From positions 388,371 to 452,370 of the forward strand of contig NW_003314278.1 of the NCBI RefSeq assembly GCF_000143415.4: 64,000 bases of DNA, written 5' to 3'. A program made the translations under genes and the position numbers. This DNA is from Selaginella moellendorffii (taxonomy: Eukaryota; Plantae; Lycopodiophyta). Below are positions 12,388-25,462 of this stretch, one piece after another. The notes below the pieces were generated by a model that searched no databases, was not told where the DNA came from, and saw only the letters and a list, made by a program, of their open reading frames with translations. Each line of letters opens with the position of its first letter. Within the stretch, counting starts at the first letter, position 1.

Positions 12388-15300
12388 ATGGAGGAGGCGG
12401 GCAAAGGCGCACGAAGAGGCGGAGGAGGCGAGATGCTTGTAAGTGGCCAGGAGCGCAATGCAAGAGATTGCGCTATCGCTGGATGTGATCTTTGATGTGA
12501 TTGGAAATTCCAGGGCCTCGTGCTTTCACGCCGCTTAAATGTGGAGCATTTAACGATTTCGAGCGCTCTGCTCGCGGATGTAAGTTCTTGATTTCGTGAT
12601 CTATACACTCCATACGATTTCTTCTTCGTGTTTGTAGTTCTTCCTTCCTGCGGATTCTCGTTCGGGTGGTGCAAAATGCAGGTGCAATCTTCGACTGGGA
12701 AATCGATCGAAGCATCCACTTCTGCCGCCGATGAATCGTCGAGGTTTGAGACGCTTTCATCATGCGTGCTCAAGTGGTCGCTGGACAACGTCGAGAATGG
12801 CTCGCTCATTCAGGTGAGTTGTTTTTTTTTTTTCTCTTCTTTCTTTGAGCTTGCACTTTGCTTGACAAGGAAGATGGTGTTCCAGGTGGGAAAAATTCCT
12901 CTCGAGTTTACCTCTTTGAGGCAGTATCTCGCGAGCTTCAGGTTGCCGCTACTCGAGGAAGTGCGAGAAGGATTAAGCCGCGGCCTCTCACGGATTAAAA
13001 AAGATGGCTGGGCTATGGTACGAGTGGAGATGGAAGACACAGACGAAGCGCTTCGACGGGTCTGGCTCAAGGTGGACGGTAAAGACAACTCCTCTTTCAA
13101 GCCAATGGATGTTGTCCTACTCGCGACAAGCCCAACTTCCTCCGCGAAGGACGTGCAAGCTTCGGGAAAGATGCACGCGCTGGTTCTACTGACCGGCTTT
13201 GATGTTCCAACGGGCTTTTGGGAGGCCGAGATGTACTCCACATCCCAGATGGAGAACGCTCTGACTGATCCGGAGAGAAGCTGGTACGTCATTGGCTTGG
13301 AGTCGCTGGTATCAGCTTCGAGGATTTGGAATGCGTTGCAGCGGCCGCTGTTTGCCGATGAAAATCGGTTCCCGATTTTCGACGAGGTGCTGCAACAGGT
13401 ACCTAGAGAATTTTTCTGTCACTGAAGTTACGTATTTTTCGCTAACTTCATGTTTTCGTTTATAGGCACTTTGGGTGGATGATGCTGACAAAGGATTTCT
13501 TTCTGGAACAAGATGCTCGCATCTGAACGATTCTCAATCAAGGGCCGTGTCCAGCACCGTCTTGGCGCTTGAGAAAAATCAAAAGCCGTACGTGAGGCTG
13601 ATACAGGGACCTCCGGGTACAGGGAAAACGTCGGTGCTAGCCGCACTTCTTTCTGCGCTACGGAGCTCTGGAAGGCGTGTATTGGTTTGCGCTCCTACAA
13701 ACATGGCCGTTCAGGAACTAGTCACTCGGTTTCTGAAGACAAACGACTCCGGCTCCAATAATATTCTGCTCATGGGAAATGAGACAAGGCTGACTGGTGT
13801 TAGAGACAAGCCGCTGTCGGAAGTGTTTCTTCCATATCGCTTGAACAGGATATCGTCGACCTTAAGCCGCTGGAAATCAGAAGCGTCTTCCATGGTCGAC
13901 TTTCTGAATATGGAGGCCTCTCAAAACTTCTCGGACGTCGTACGAAGAAAGTTCGCCAGTCTTGAACAGCAGATGGTGCAGGCTCTTTCGGACCTGCCGA
14001 CCACACTCGTTCAGTCGGCTGAAATCGTCGAAGTGAAAAGCCTCCTCACCAAGATAAGCGATCTTATTGATGCTATTGCTTGCTTTGGTGTCAACAGGAG
14101 CATCAAGAACAACCTTGACAAACTAGCTGTCCTCCTTCAGAGCCTTCAAGTGAGTGCTGACCGCATGACGAGCTTCATCAGAAGGCAGCTCGTCAGGCAT
14201 TCGACCATGGTGTTTTGCACGCTGTCTTGCGCTGCTATGCCGTTGGTGCAAAATTCGGCGGTGCCTTTTGACGTAGCTGTTCTTGACGAGGCTTCTCAAG
14301 CTATCGAAGCGGAAACAGCTATCATTATGGGCCTTTCTTGTCTAAAGCAACTCGTCCTTGTTGGAGACCACCGGCAGTTACCACCCACTGTTCTTAGCGA
14401 GGTACTTTTAACCGTGCAAACTTCGTACTGATTCGATGCCTGTATGTGTTTACAGAAGTCTAAAATGTCCGGTTATGGAAGGAGCTTGTTCCAGAGGCTC
14501 CATGCGCTGGACCACCCGAATATTATGCTTAATGTTCAGTACCGCATGCACCCATCTATTTGCCAGTTCTCAAACTATGAATTCTACAAGCGAAAAATCC
14601 AAGATGGCCCGAATGTAACAGTGAGTTCTTACGGCGCAGCGTTCCGCTCGCTCTTATACGGCCCATATATATTTATCCATGCGAACAGTTCGGAATGCAC
14701 TGCCAAAGAGGGGAGCTTGGAAAATCCCACGGAAATTGAAGTCATCATGTTTCTATTGGAGAAACTCCAAAAAGGTACACAAAGAAGCTGGCTGAAAATT
14801 CTAAGATGTGATTTTCCAGAGAAACTAAACTGCAGCAACCTTGAGGTGGGAGTTATCTCCTTTTACAAGGCACAAGTTACTGCACTAAGCAGTCGCATAC
14901 GACATGCTTCGTTTTCTTTCAAGGTCGAGGCCAATACTGTCGACGGATTTCAAGGTCGTGAAATGGACGTAGTTATTTTGTCGACTGTCAGATCGAACCC
15001 TTCCGGAGATTTGGGCTTTCTGAAAGATCATCGACGTCTGAATGTTTCAATAACTCGAGCCAGGTGGTTGCCATAATGTTTGAGCCTCTACTTACTTTTT
15101 CCCATGCAGATACTGTCTTTGCATTGTTGGTAACGAGCATACCTTGGCTAAGAACGAGACCATTTGGAGGGATTTAGTTCAGAATGCAAAAAGCAGAGAT
15201 TGCTTTGTGGACTCGGCCGACGTTCCAGAGCTGGAGAAGCGTGTTGGAGGCAAAGTGGACCAGTTTTATGATATCCTGATTAACAGTTCTCTTCTCGAAA

Positions 15301-18300
15301 ACTGTATCTGGAAGGTGAGTGTCCTCATCGGTTTTCTTGCCTACCTGAGCATGTTTTTCTCTTTGCAGGTCTTCTTCAGCAAGGAGTTCAAGACCAGTTA
15401 CGCTCGTCAATCGGCGTCCTTCAGAAATGGCTGCACGAGATTTGTCCTGGGACTTGCTAGAGGTCACTGGCCTGAGTTGAACTCTGCGATGCCGCTGACA
15501 CTCTCAGAGGATATTCACGTGTTTCGCATGAACGGTTTGCTTCTAGTCTGGAGAGTGGTTTTGACGAGCAATAGAAGGTCTCAGGTCATCGAGCTATGTG
15601 ATGTGGTGGGCGTTCAAGGACTACAGCGAATTGTCCAACGATTGAATACTGTCAGCTCGACTTACTCATTGGATTACGTGGAACGCTGTCGAACTATGAC
15701 GACAAAGACGTCCGTTTGCGGTAGAATCGCTGTTCCGGAAGTATGGAGTGGAGATGTTGTCCAGAAAGTCATCGACGACGGCAATGCAGCGCCTCCAATT
15801 AGTCAGCCTGGTCCCAAAGTTTCAGAGAATCTATCTCAACTGAAGTTCTATTCAGAGTCATCTGGAATTGCGAACTACGTTCTGACAGACAGTGGCGGTA
15901 CAGAAGTCGAGCTGCCGTTCCCTCTAAGTCGTCCACAGACCGAGCTGATATTGTCTTCTTCGTCGGCTTTTGTTATCGGAAGGTCGGGCACAGGCAAAAC
16001 CACGGTTATCAGTGTTAAGATGATGCGCATGGAGCAGCTCCATCGCATATCAAGGTGTGGTTTTGGTGATAACGGGAGTTTTGATAGCGCCGAGGGGACG
16101 TGCTTGCGTCAAGCGTTCATTACCGTTAGCCAGAGGCTGTGTTTCGCGGTCAAGAACTACCTCGAAAAGTTTAAAAGGTATGCGACGAACTCCTGTTACT
16201 CATCAGCGTCACCAGTTTTTCTTACACTTCAGGTCTTTACTACGAAGTGATGCTTATACTGCTGTTCTTGGGGTCACCTGCAACGAAGATGTCATGCTTG
16301 ACGAAGAGTTTCAAGGCGGCATTCCAGACAGTTTCATCAACATCCAACCTGAGGCCTTTCCTCTCGTCTTGACCCTCAGAAAGCTTTTGGATATGGTTAA
16401 TGGAACTGTGTCGAGGCCTTTCCGAAGCAGAACACTTGAAGACCGGGAAGTGGACTTCGACGTCTTTGTGTTGGTTTACTGGCCGCGTATGAAGGCCTCT
16501 TTGAGGAAGACGTACGATGCATCAGATGTCTACGCGGCTATCGTGTCTCACATCAAGGGAAGCGCTGAGTCCCTTCACTGTCCGGACGGAAGGCTTTCTC
16601 GCGAGGCTTTCGTCAACTTGGCATCACAGCGTATTTCGGTGTTCGATGAGGGGCAACGGGACACGATCTACGACCTCTATCTCCACTACGAGAAACTCAA
16701 GAAAGAAAACGACGACTATGACATGGCAGACTATGTTTGGCATTTGTACCGGCAGCTCAGGGTGGACGGGTTCAAGGGAGACAAGCTTGATCTTGTCTAT
16801 ATTGACGAGGTGCAAGATTTTACGCTGGCTCAGGTATGCCTGCTCAAGTTCGTATGCACGAATTATCGGGAAGGCTTCATTTTTGCTGGAGATACGGCTC
16901 AGACCATCACTAGAGGTGTGGAATTCCGGTTTGAAGATGTACGTCGGGTTTTCTATACAGAGTTTCTGGAAGCCGAGGCGAGGTGTCCGGATATCGTGCA
17001 GCTGATAGACAATTTCAGGACAACGGGCGCCATTGTCCAGGTTGCAAATAGTGTTATGGAGCTGATACTTCGGTTCTTCCCTCTCAGGGTCGACAGGCTC
17101 GAGCCGGAAAGTAGTTCTGTGCTCGGCGAAGTTCCAGTTGTTTTGAATCTCCCGGACGATAGCACATCTATCAACTTTTTGTTTCAGAGTCATGGATCCA
17201 GCTCCGGTTACGAGTTTGGCTCGGATCAAGCCGTACTAGTCCGGAACAAGTCCCAGAAGCAGCAGCTGCTAAAGGAACTCGGCACAAGATGCCTCGTCCT
17301 TACGGTGGAGGACAGTAAAGGATTAGAGTTTGAGGTAGGCTTTATTTTCTTCTAACATGCTCTAAGCTACTCTTACACAGGATGTATTGATCTTTAACTT
17401 CTTCACTGACTCGGCAAGCCCTGAAGCGTGGAAAGCACTTTCTTCTGTTTTTGGTAGAAGCCGTCCAGCTAATTGTTTACCTCAGCTTCCCAGGATTTTG
17501 TGCAATGAACTCAAGGAGCTATATGTTGCCATCACGAGAACTAAACGGAGGCTGTGGATCATCGACGAGAACCTGGAATATCAGCGGCCAATGCTTGATT
17601 ACTGGAAGAATCTGAACGTTGTCAAGAGAGGTGCGTTGGATGCGTCACTGATATCCTCGATTCACCAGATAAGCTCCCCCGAGCAGTGGCACCAACGTGG
17701 TGTTGAGGTAAATATCTGTGTAGTGGATTCACTCTTTAAACAACATGTATTGGCTGGTCTGTGTAGATGTTTAATGCTCGCCGGTTTGACATGGCAAAGC
17801 TTTCCTTCAAACGAGCAGGCGATAGATACCGAGCAAAACTATCTGAAGCTGCGGAATTTCAAGAGAGGGGAGAAAAATTCCTTAGAGTCGACGAGAGTGC
17901 TGCAAAAAGGGACCTACAACGTGCGGCCGCACTGTACGAGTCCCTGGAAAAGAAGGACGCTGTAGCAAAGTGTTTCAGATTGATGAAAGACTTCCAAAGG
18001 GCAGGTACTGTGATGAATAAATCTTCTCTCTCTCTCTCGTACTTATACTGATTTGTTGTGTAGGTTTTTTGTACAAGCAATGCTCAAAGCTAGAACTCTC
18101 GGGAGACTGCTACATGGCCGCAAATCTCCACAGCGAAGCTTCACAAGTATATGCGGAGGGGAACCATTACGAGAAATGCCTTGAAGCTTGTACCAAGGGA
18201 AGACTGTACAAAGAAGGCCTCGACTTCATTCGCAAATGGACAGTACCAAGCGTGCCTGCCAACACGTTGGAGAAGTTTCGGAAGAACGCTGCCGAGTACT

Positions 18301-20818
18301 TTCATCGCAAACTAGACGCTCACTCGATGATGGAGGCGGTGCAAGCCTCTTCGGATGCGGACTGGAAGATTGCGTTCTTGGAAAGAAGGGAGTACCTTGA
18401 CGAGCTTATCGAGCTTGCATGCAGCCTTGGCAACTTCGAGAAAGCTGCAGAAGTGGCTGCGAGGAAGGGAAACGTGCTCCGAGCATCGGAGCTACTCGAA
18501 AATGCCGGCAAGCGTTCCGAAGCGGCTCGGAAAATCCTCGAGCACATCAGGCTCCAGTCCTTGTGGGGAGGACAAAACTGTGGCTGGCCTCTGAAGAGTT
18601 TCCAAGACCGTGAGACTCTCGACAAGGCGGCACGTCTAGCTGCTGACAACCCCGTGTTCTCGCACGAGCTCAAAGTGCTCCGGACGACCACAGGCACTGC
18701 CACAGTGAGAGAGCTCCTGGAAAACTGGAAGGTGGCGAAGAACTCCAACGTCGAAGTCATTGCCTTGCGGCAGCTATTGGGAGGGGCGTCCGAGGCCTTG
18801 AAAGCAGCAGCCTACTCGTTTGAGCTCGATTCCGAGCGCTCTGGCTTGACGCTCGTCCAGGACAACGTCGAGAACTTGCTACAACTCGTGCTCTCGGCTT
18901 GGAACACCTGGTTTCAATGGATCCACTCCGTGGTGCAGTCTCTCGATGGAGTTCAGGATATGTTACCACGGGGAACTGCGGTTTCAGCGGCTTTGAACTA
19001 CCTGGGAATCAGCCGAGACATGAATCCCAAGCTCTGCATTGTGGAGTATGTTGGAGCTTTCTGGCTCCAAAACGAAACAGTCAGGCCGCTTTACAGTGGA
19101 GGCAGCAGGGGCCAACACAGGACCGAGCGAGTAGCATCACTCGCGAAGAAGTTTTTGGAAGAGCAGCTACTAGAGTCGGGGCTGGACTGCATCCGGAGTT
19201 TGCACAAGTGCAGCGAGATTTCTTCAACACAATCGAGAGTAACGCTCGTTATCCTCGGCTTGCTCGAGAGTCTTGCCACTGTCCTGGATAGCCATCAGGA
19301 GAAGCTCCAACTAAAGCTCCAGGGATACAGAAGGCTTCTCTACAATGTAGCGTTTCTCGGGGACGCGCAGAGTTTTCTCGACGTATCATCCATTTGCCAC
19401 GAGCGTTTCTTCACTGCGCACTTGGACCGCGTTGCAGGCGAGCAGAGCTTGGATTTTCTCGACAACTCCAGCGAGGTGCGGGGAACTCTGCGCGTTCTCT
19501 TACCGTTTCTGAGCGCTCCAAAGCTCGAGACGTTGAAGCGACACCTTCCAGAAGACATGGCTGGCTTGGCAACGTCCTACTCGCGCAGCAACCATCGGTG
19601 TACTCCTTTCGAGTTCCTGGATTCCGTAGTGAGGCCGTCAGTTGGATTTATCGGCGATATCATCACTAAGGACGTCATTCCAACAGACTTCATCAGGCCG
19701 CAATTCTATCTGCTGGAGAGAGCCACGGTGCTGAGCTTGGCTTGCTTCACGGGCCTGGAGCAGATGGTCCTTCCGGAGAGCCTGGCTTTCAAGTTTATGA
19801 CTGGAAGGCCGCAGGAACAGGTGCTCTCCAAAGTTCTCGAGCTGATCAAGCCCCCTGGAGAGGCCTCTGCTTGCGCCTGCCTCAATGCCATCGGCAGGAT
19901 TTGCATCTCGTTGCTTCTAGGAAGGCCAGACTTTTTCGTGGAGTGGCTGCGCAGGAGCAGCAAGCTCGTTCTTGAGCTGGTGAAAGTGCTCCTCACACTC
20001 ATGCTGGCGGGTATCAGAGGTAAACTTTTGGAGTGCTTACGTTCTCCCGTTCTGGACGTGCTGCCTTGGGAGATCAAGCAGAAGTTACAGGAAACGGTTT
20101 CTACGTCCAAAGTTCTGGAAAAAGACCTGTTGGAGCTCATGGCGATAACAGGTGATCCTTTCCTCGTCTTGATGCGTCGAAGCGGTGGTCACGATAATGT
20201 ACTGCGACGTGTTGGCATCGAGCCTTCTCCCGGAGTTTTCAGCTCGAAAGGTTTGCAAGCCACGAGCTGTGAGCGGACCGGGAACTGGTCGAAAAAAGAC
20301 GAGGCACTGGTTGAGTTGCGAGCAAGTATGAAAGGAAAGAAGAAGGAAAACGAGTACCTCCGCGAAGCGAACTCAGTGTTTAGCTCACTCGGTTTGAAAG
20401 ACGACAGCTTTTACGTTCGAGACTTCCTCACCACGGCGTGCCCGCTCAAGGCATGAGTTTTATATCCTTTTTCTTTTCGATTCTTTTGAGAACTCTTTCT
20501 TTCCTGCAGGCCTCCGCGGACGATTTTCTACTCGACTTGAGCTCCGCGATAGAAATAATGAAAACGGGACTCGGTATCAGGCCAAAGCAAGAAAAAGCCC
20601 GGTGTTTGCTTCAAAACATGATCCTGTACCACGGCAAGCTCGAGTGCATGACAACGCTTCTAAATCCCAGGGACGCCAGACACGAGCTCCTCGACTTGGC
20701 TGCTCTGCAAAAATCAGTCCAAGCACTGCGAGAGAAGCTCGAGAAAGGGAAGAAACTTCTGGGCGACCACGTCAAAAGGCTGCTAAGCAATCGCTGGGAC
20801 TTGCGAGAGTGGCAATAA
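12388..20818 (+). CDS. TRANK1/LBA1-like double SF1 helicase: DUF6469-like N-terminus + SEN1/UPF1-type helicase (AAA_11/AAA_12) + UvrD-like helicase + TPR-like repeats; multi-exon. Start uncertain (12388 or 12676)
   Basis: Helicase 1: GPPGTGKT, DEASQ, VGDHRQLPP, QYRMHPSI, TVDGFQGRE, RLNVSITRAR. Helicase 2: GRSGTGKTT, DEVQD, AGDTAQTITRG, NFRT, SKGLEF, ELYVAITRTKRRL. Ala-rich helical repeats follow. Short introns join successive ORFs. Confidence 0.9.
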
Positions 20819-21008
20819 GCTTGATCTCATGTAGATAGTACCATAGAGCGAACTACGTAAAATAGAGAAAACGTTAATAGCAAACAACTATAAGCAACAG
20901 ATACTTGAAAAAAATATTAACTTAGCCACAGTTAAAATCACAACTTTTTACCTTTCGTTCTATTGATAATTACAGCACGATTCATTCCCAAGTTGTGTGT
21001 TTTACTCC

Positions 21009-23049
21009 TTAGATGAATAATTCTCGTAAATATCTGATACACTCTGTTTTGGTCCCACTAGGATTTCGTAGCTGCCATATAAACATAGCTTCTTTCTGTA
21101 AAACAACCATTAGATAATATCTTGTGAATGGAAGGTTCAAAGTATTACCAGCTCACCCACTCTCGGACCACTCACAATGTGAAATTCGAGTTTGAGATCG
21201 TTCCCCGTGAGCAAAGGTTTTAAATTTAACAATCCTGAAAAAAGTATTGAATGTTGAAAACGAAAAAAACTACTACTTCTTACCAGATAAGCTGATGCTT
21301 TTAAGAATAGCGTTAAACACGTCTTTCTTCTGGACACTAGGGGCTGGCACGGAGAGAAATAAAGCAGCAGCTGACAAGCTGAAGTCCCTGTCTCTGAAGG
21401 CTAGGCCGGCCTCTACTCGAAAACTTTCGTTGAAAAGACAAGGTAATCCTCCAAAAAGTGTACGTTTGTTCAACTCATACCAATCTTGCACGAAGGTATT
21501 TCCAATTGCTTTGTACAATGCGTTCACCTGGTACACGAGACAGTTCAAGAGAGGAAGGAAATGTATAGAACGTGTACCTTTTTAAGCATTGCTTTTAATC
21601 CTATTCTCTCGGCCATCGAACCCAAAACTGTATCGTTTTCTTTCTTGAATGGATAGAGAATCCCAGCAACAAGAACAAGACGCCTTTCACCTTCCTGCGT
21701 TGAGTAAGTTAAAGAGTCAAAACCAAAGTGTTCAGTGTAAGTACATCAGCAATGTTGACAGACTCTAGAGTCTCGCAAACGACTTGAAAGTCCTTCACAC
21801 TAGCAAAGATTTAAATGAGTTACTGAACTGACTACCTTTGCGCACTCACTGGCCTCGTAAAAATCAGAGGCCAATAACCAAGCTTGTGCAGCAGGCACAT
21901 CGCCCGAGCAGGATTCTTTCCGAAGAGCATGGCTTGAATCTGAAAAACGAATTTAAGAGGCACACGAAAAATAAAAACCAAGAGATCGTTATTCCACCTC
22001 CTGAGAAATGCGCTCCCTGGTGATCTTTGTTTCGAATGCAGCCTTCACAGAATCAGCAGATGCCATGCACTCCAGTTCCTCGTCCAGCTCAAAATTAAAG
22101 CGCGCCGCTGATCAGGAAAAAGAAAGGTAATTAGCTTCTAGATAGAATTCTAAGGTGAAGAAGTAGTCACAGACCAAACCGAATGGATCTCAGGACACGC
22201 AATGGATCATCTAAAAAAGTTACGAGCGGAGGCAACGGAGTCCTGATCTTTCCAAGCTTGAGGTCCATTACACCTGGACAACAAAGTTGTGGAAAGAATC
22301 GAAAGATGAAATATACACAAACCTCGACCCGTGAAGTCCTCAACCTTGTCAGCGGCAACGTTGTAGAAGAGGCTGTTGATCGTGAGATCTCTCCGGTAAG
22401 CGTCTTCGGAAGGTGTTCCAAATTTCTAGCAAGAAGGAAAAGAGCGTAAGAACAAGAGGAAGTCGAGTGAAAATCAAAAGGGCCATAGTACCATTGATGT
22501 TGGGATCCTGGAATCGTTGGAGTACGTCTCGGATCGGAGATTAACAACATCAAGCTCTCCACCCAGGATCTCCAGCTTGGTCGTTTCTAAATGCTTGGAT
22601 CGTTCTGGATTGCTACAACATGTAAATTCCAGTTGTTAGAAAAATAGCAAGCTCTAGACAACACAAACCTTTTGATAACTTTGTAAGAACATGAAGGATC
22701 GGTCTTCCTCAAGCACCGGAGCACACGATCACAGAACTGCTGCCCAGTCATATCATCCAGCGCAATATCCAAATCGTGGCTCTCGACGCCAAGGAGCTGC
22801 GCAAATTGAATTGAGCTAGAACGATTGATCGAAAACACCAGACCTTATCGCGCACCCATCCGCCCGCCACTCTCACGTCGGTCTTCAAGTCGCATTCACG
22901 GATCGCCAGACGGAGAGCGTCGAGAATCTTCGCTTCCTCGCGCGTGTCGTCATGAGCTCTAGAACGCTAAAGGAAGATCCTTTGAGAATTAAAACTCCCG
23001 CCAAAACTCTAGGGTTTATTGGAGAAACTGTTCTCGTCACGCGGAGCAT
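21009..23049 (-). CDS. CCA tRNA nucleotidyltransferase (class II, PolyA_pol family); apparent frameshift in exon 1 near 22940
   Basis: [91 protein letters not shown] and the C-terminal WQLRNPSGT. Candidate ATGs (23049, 22953) are out of frame with the catalytic exon. Confidence 0.85.
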
Positions 23050-23192
23050 TGTCTACGTCATGGTGAGATGCGTCATATGCAGGGCGATTTGATGCGTGAC
23101 CCATCGCTGCGCGCGTTCAGATATTTGGGCGGAAGATCAAAGCGTTCTCCATTTTCCATCAGATTCTTGCCGACGATCTCACTCGGCAACAG

Positions 23193-24115
23193 CATGAGCT
23201 CTGTCCTGCCTCATTCGAAAACTTGCTCAAGCTTATTGGAAATGGTGAGCTATGTTTTTTTCTTTGGCGAAGTTTCTATGATGGATGGATTGCATGAACA
23301 GATGTTACGAATGACGCTATTGCCGAAGTTCCTCTTGCACGCTTGCTCTGTGGTTTCATCACGGCCTTACATCAGTGGTTTCGACGTGCTCGCTGACTTT
23401 TGCGAGAGGCTTTCAGCGTGCGGTTTTTGCAGCAAGGTACTTATCAAAGGGCTTTGTTTTCATTACACAAATCTCGGATTTTGCAGCCGCTTTGGAAAGC
23501 ATACAACCTCGCTCTCATGGTAATCTAGATCTGGTATGAGCCGTTTTGACACCCTTGTTGCACGCGGAAAAGCTGGCGAAGTTACAGAGGCTGAACAACC
23601 AGATGCAGCTCAGTGAAACAGGTGATAGATCTTGTTGCATATTTCGGGACTGACTATTGCTCAGTAACGGCGAAAGCAACAACCTTTCCAGGCATGCCAA
23701 CCGAGTGTCAATGTGGTTTGGCCTTGCAAGGTAACAAAACGGTGCTTCCTTTTGTAAACTAGGTGTTCTTTTTCTGGCAGTGGACGTGGATTCCCATAGG
23801 CTGGACAAGTCGATGAGATGCTTAGATGTTTTGGTCCTGGCCAAGCACTTAATCGATATTTACTTACTCTCAAGCTCTCCTGGTGCTTGGGATACCTCGA
23901 GAGGGGTCTCCATCTCATGCAAGAGGCTTTTCAACGATGTGAGATCCAGAGCTTAGCCACCGTGAGCAACGGACTTCCGTGAGTTGAGGATTTTACGTTT
24001 TATAACATTCTAATATGCTTTTCTTTCTTGTAGAGCATTCTCGAGGTTCTGGAGCTGGAAGGGACGAGCGTCCGTGTGAGTTGGGCATCTCGATAGAGAG
24101 TTTAATTCCGAAGGT
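23193..24115 (+). other. Possible multi-exon gene or gene remnant of unknown function
   Basis: Regular short GT-AG intron-like segments (e.g. ~23244-23301, 23437-23486, 23730-23780) separate short open frames. No family recognised. Confidence 0.3.
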
Positions 24116-24856
24116 AAGGTATCTGCAGGGAGCGTGAGTGACAAATATTTACAACCTCGTCAATAGGTGCTGAAAACACTCTCGTTCAGCGACGTGATAA
24201 GTCTCTTCCGATGGCTTCTTCCCCTCAAAGGAAACGTCTGGGCAGGTATGTAAAGAAGTCTTACGAGTCTTCTTCGTGTTTACGAGTGTCCCTTGCTCGC
24301 AGCTTCGCCTTCTCCTGATGCTGCTCCGGACGCTTATCCGAGACAAATGGCCCAGCGCGAGCGGTGACTGGAGCTCCGCTCTCTTTTGGAATGGCTTTTA
24401 ACGTCTCGAGCGATACACTTCTATCCAACTGACGGTGACAAAGCGACCAAGGCCATATGCGCATCAAAAGCTTCCGCGACCAGACGATTGTTGTTTCACT
24501 AACTTCGTTGTCCGGGTAGAAATCGCCGTGAATGTGTACCTCGGGGTGGTTTGGATGGAAGGCAAGGGCAAGACTAATTACACAGGTCTGCTTGCGCGTC
24601 CTGACAGGGAAGTGGAGGCTTAAGCCTCTTCGTGAGCAGGGCAAAACCGTTCGTCTCAGCGAGCCACTGTGGAAGCATGAGGTTGATATGGCGCGCTCTT
24701 CGTGTCAATCAGGAACCGGAGGAATGGCATGCTTCTGCCTTGAGAGAAACTCTCTTGGGTTTTGAATACAATGGAATATACGAGAATAGTTTAAGTGAGA
24801 ATATACCTCCTGCACGACTACTATTTAAGTTTCTGTAGTTTTATACTAGGGCAAGC

Positions 24857-25462
24857 ATGGAAGAACCTCCAAAGGTTGTATTGACAGAGATTGAGGAGTT
24901 TTGCTCGGGTCTACAGCCGAATCACGAAGGTAAGTATGTGATTTGATTCCAATTTTCACTGTTCTTATATTTGACATCTACCAGCTACTACTAGAGATGA
25001 AGAAGCCTACAGCAGGATGGATTTCAAATCTTTGCTGCCAACAAAAGAGGATCACGTAGGGAAAGGACTGGCTGGCGTTCTTCAATGTTTTCGAGAGAAT
25101 GGGAGCTTGAAGGAATCTAGAGGCGAATGGATTGGAAGAAGCAGAGACAAAAGGACACCAGAAAATGGTAAATTCGAATTCAACTTGGACCACCGCGATG
25201 AGCATGGCCGAACTGTAAGTTTATGTTCTATTTACTTTCTGATTTTACTTTATGTTTGATGCAGCTGACCCCCAAGGAAGCCTTCCGGCAGTTCTCGCAT
25301 AAGTTCCACCATGTAAAACCGGGGAAAAGGAAGCAAGAGAAGAAGCTAAAGAAGCAAGAACAGGAGCTAAAGAAGAGGAAGAAAGAAGAACACCCTCTGG
25401 AGTTTATGGAGAGATTGAGAGGCATTCAAATCAAGTCAGGAACAGCTTACATTAGAACTTGA
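24857..25462 (+). CDS. SART-1/Snu66 C-terminal-domain-only protein (~166 aa); exons 24857-24929, 24985-25214, 25265-25462
   Basis: VLTEIEEFCSGLQ, VGKGLAGVL, RDEHGRT|LTPKEAFRQFSHKFHHVKPGKRKQEKK match the SART-1 C-terminus. The GT-AG introns keep the frame. Confidence 0.8.

Noticed and set aside
12810-20140. Many antisense and alternative-frame ORFs over the helicase (likewise over EF-G and the subtilase)
   Set aside because: Shadow ORFs of GC-balanced coding sequence with no recognisable motifs.
24261-24838. Short ORFs on both strands between the unknown gene and SART-1
   Set aside because: No recognisable family and no consistent frame, so they are left uncalled.
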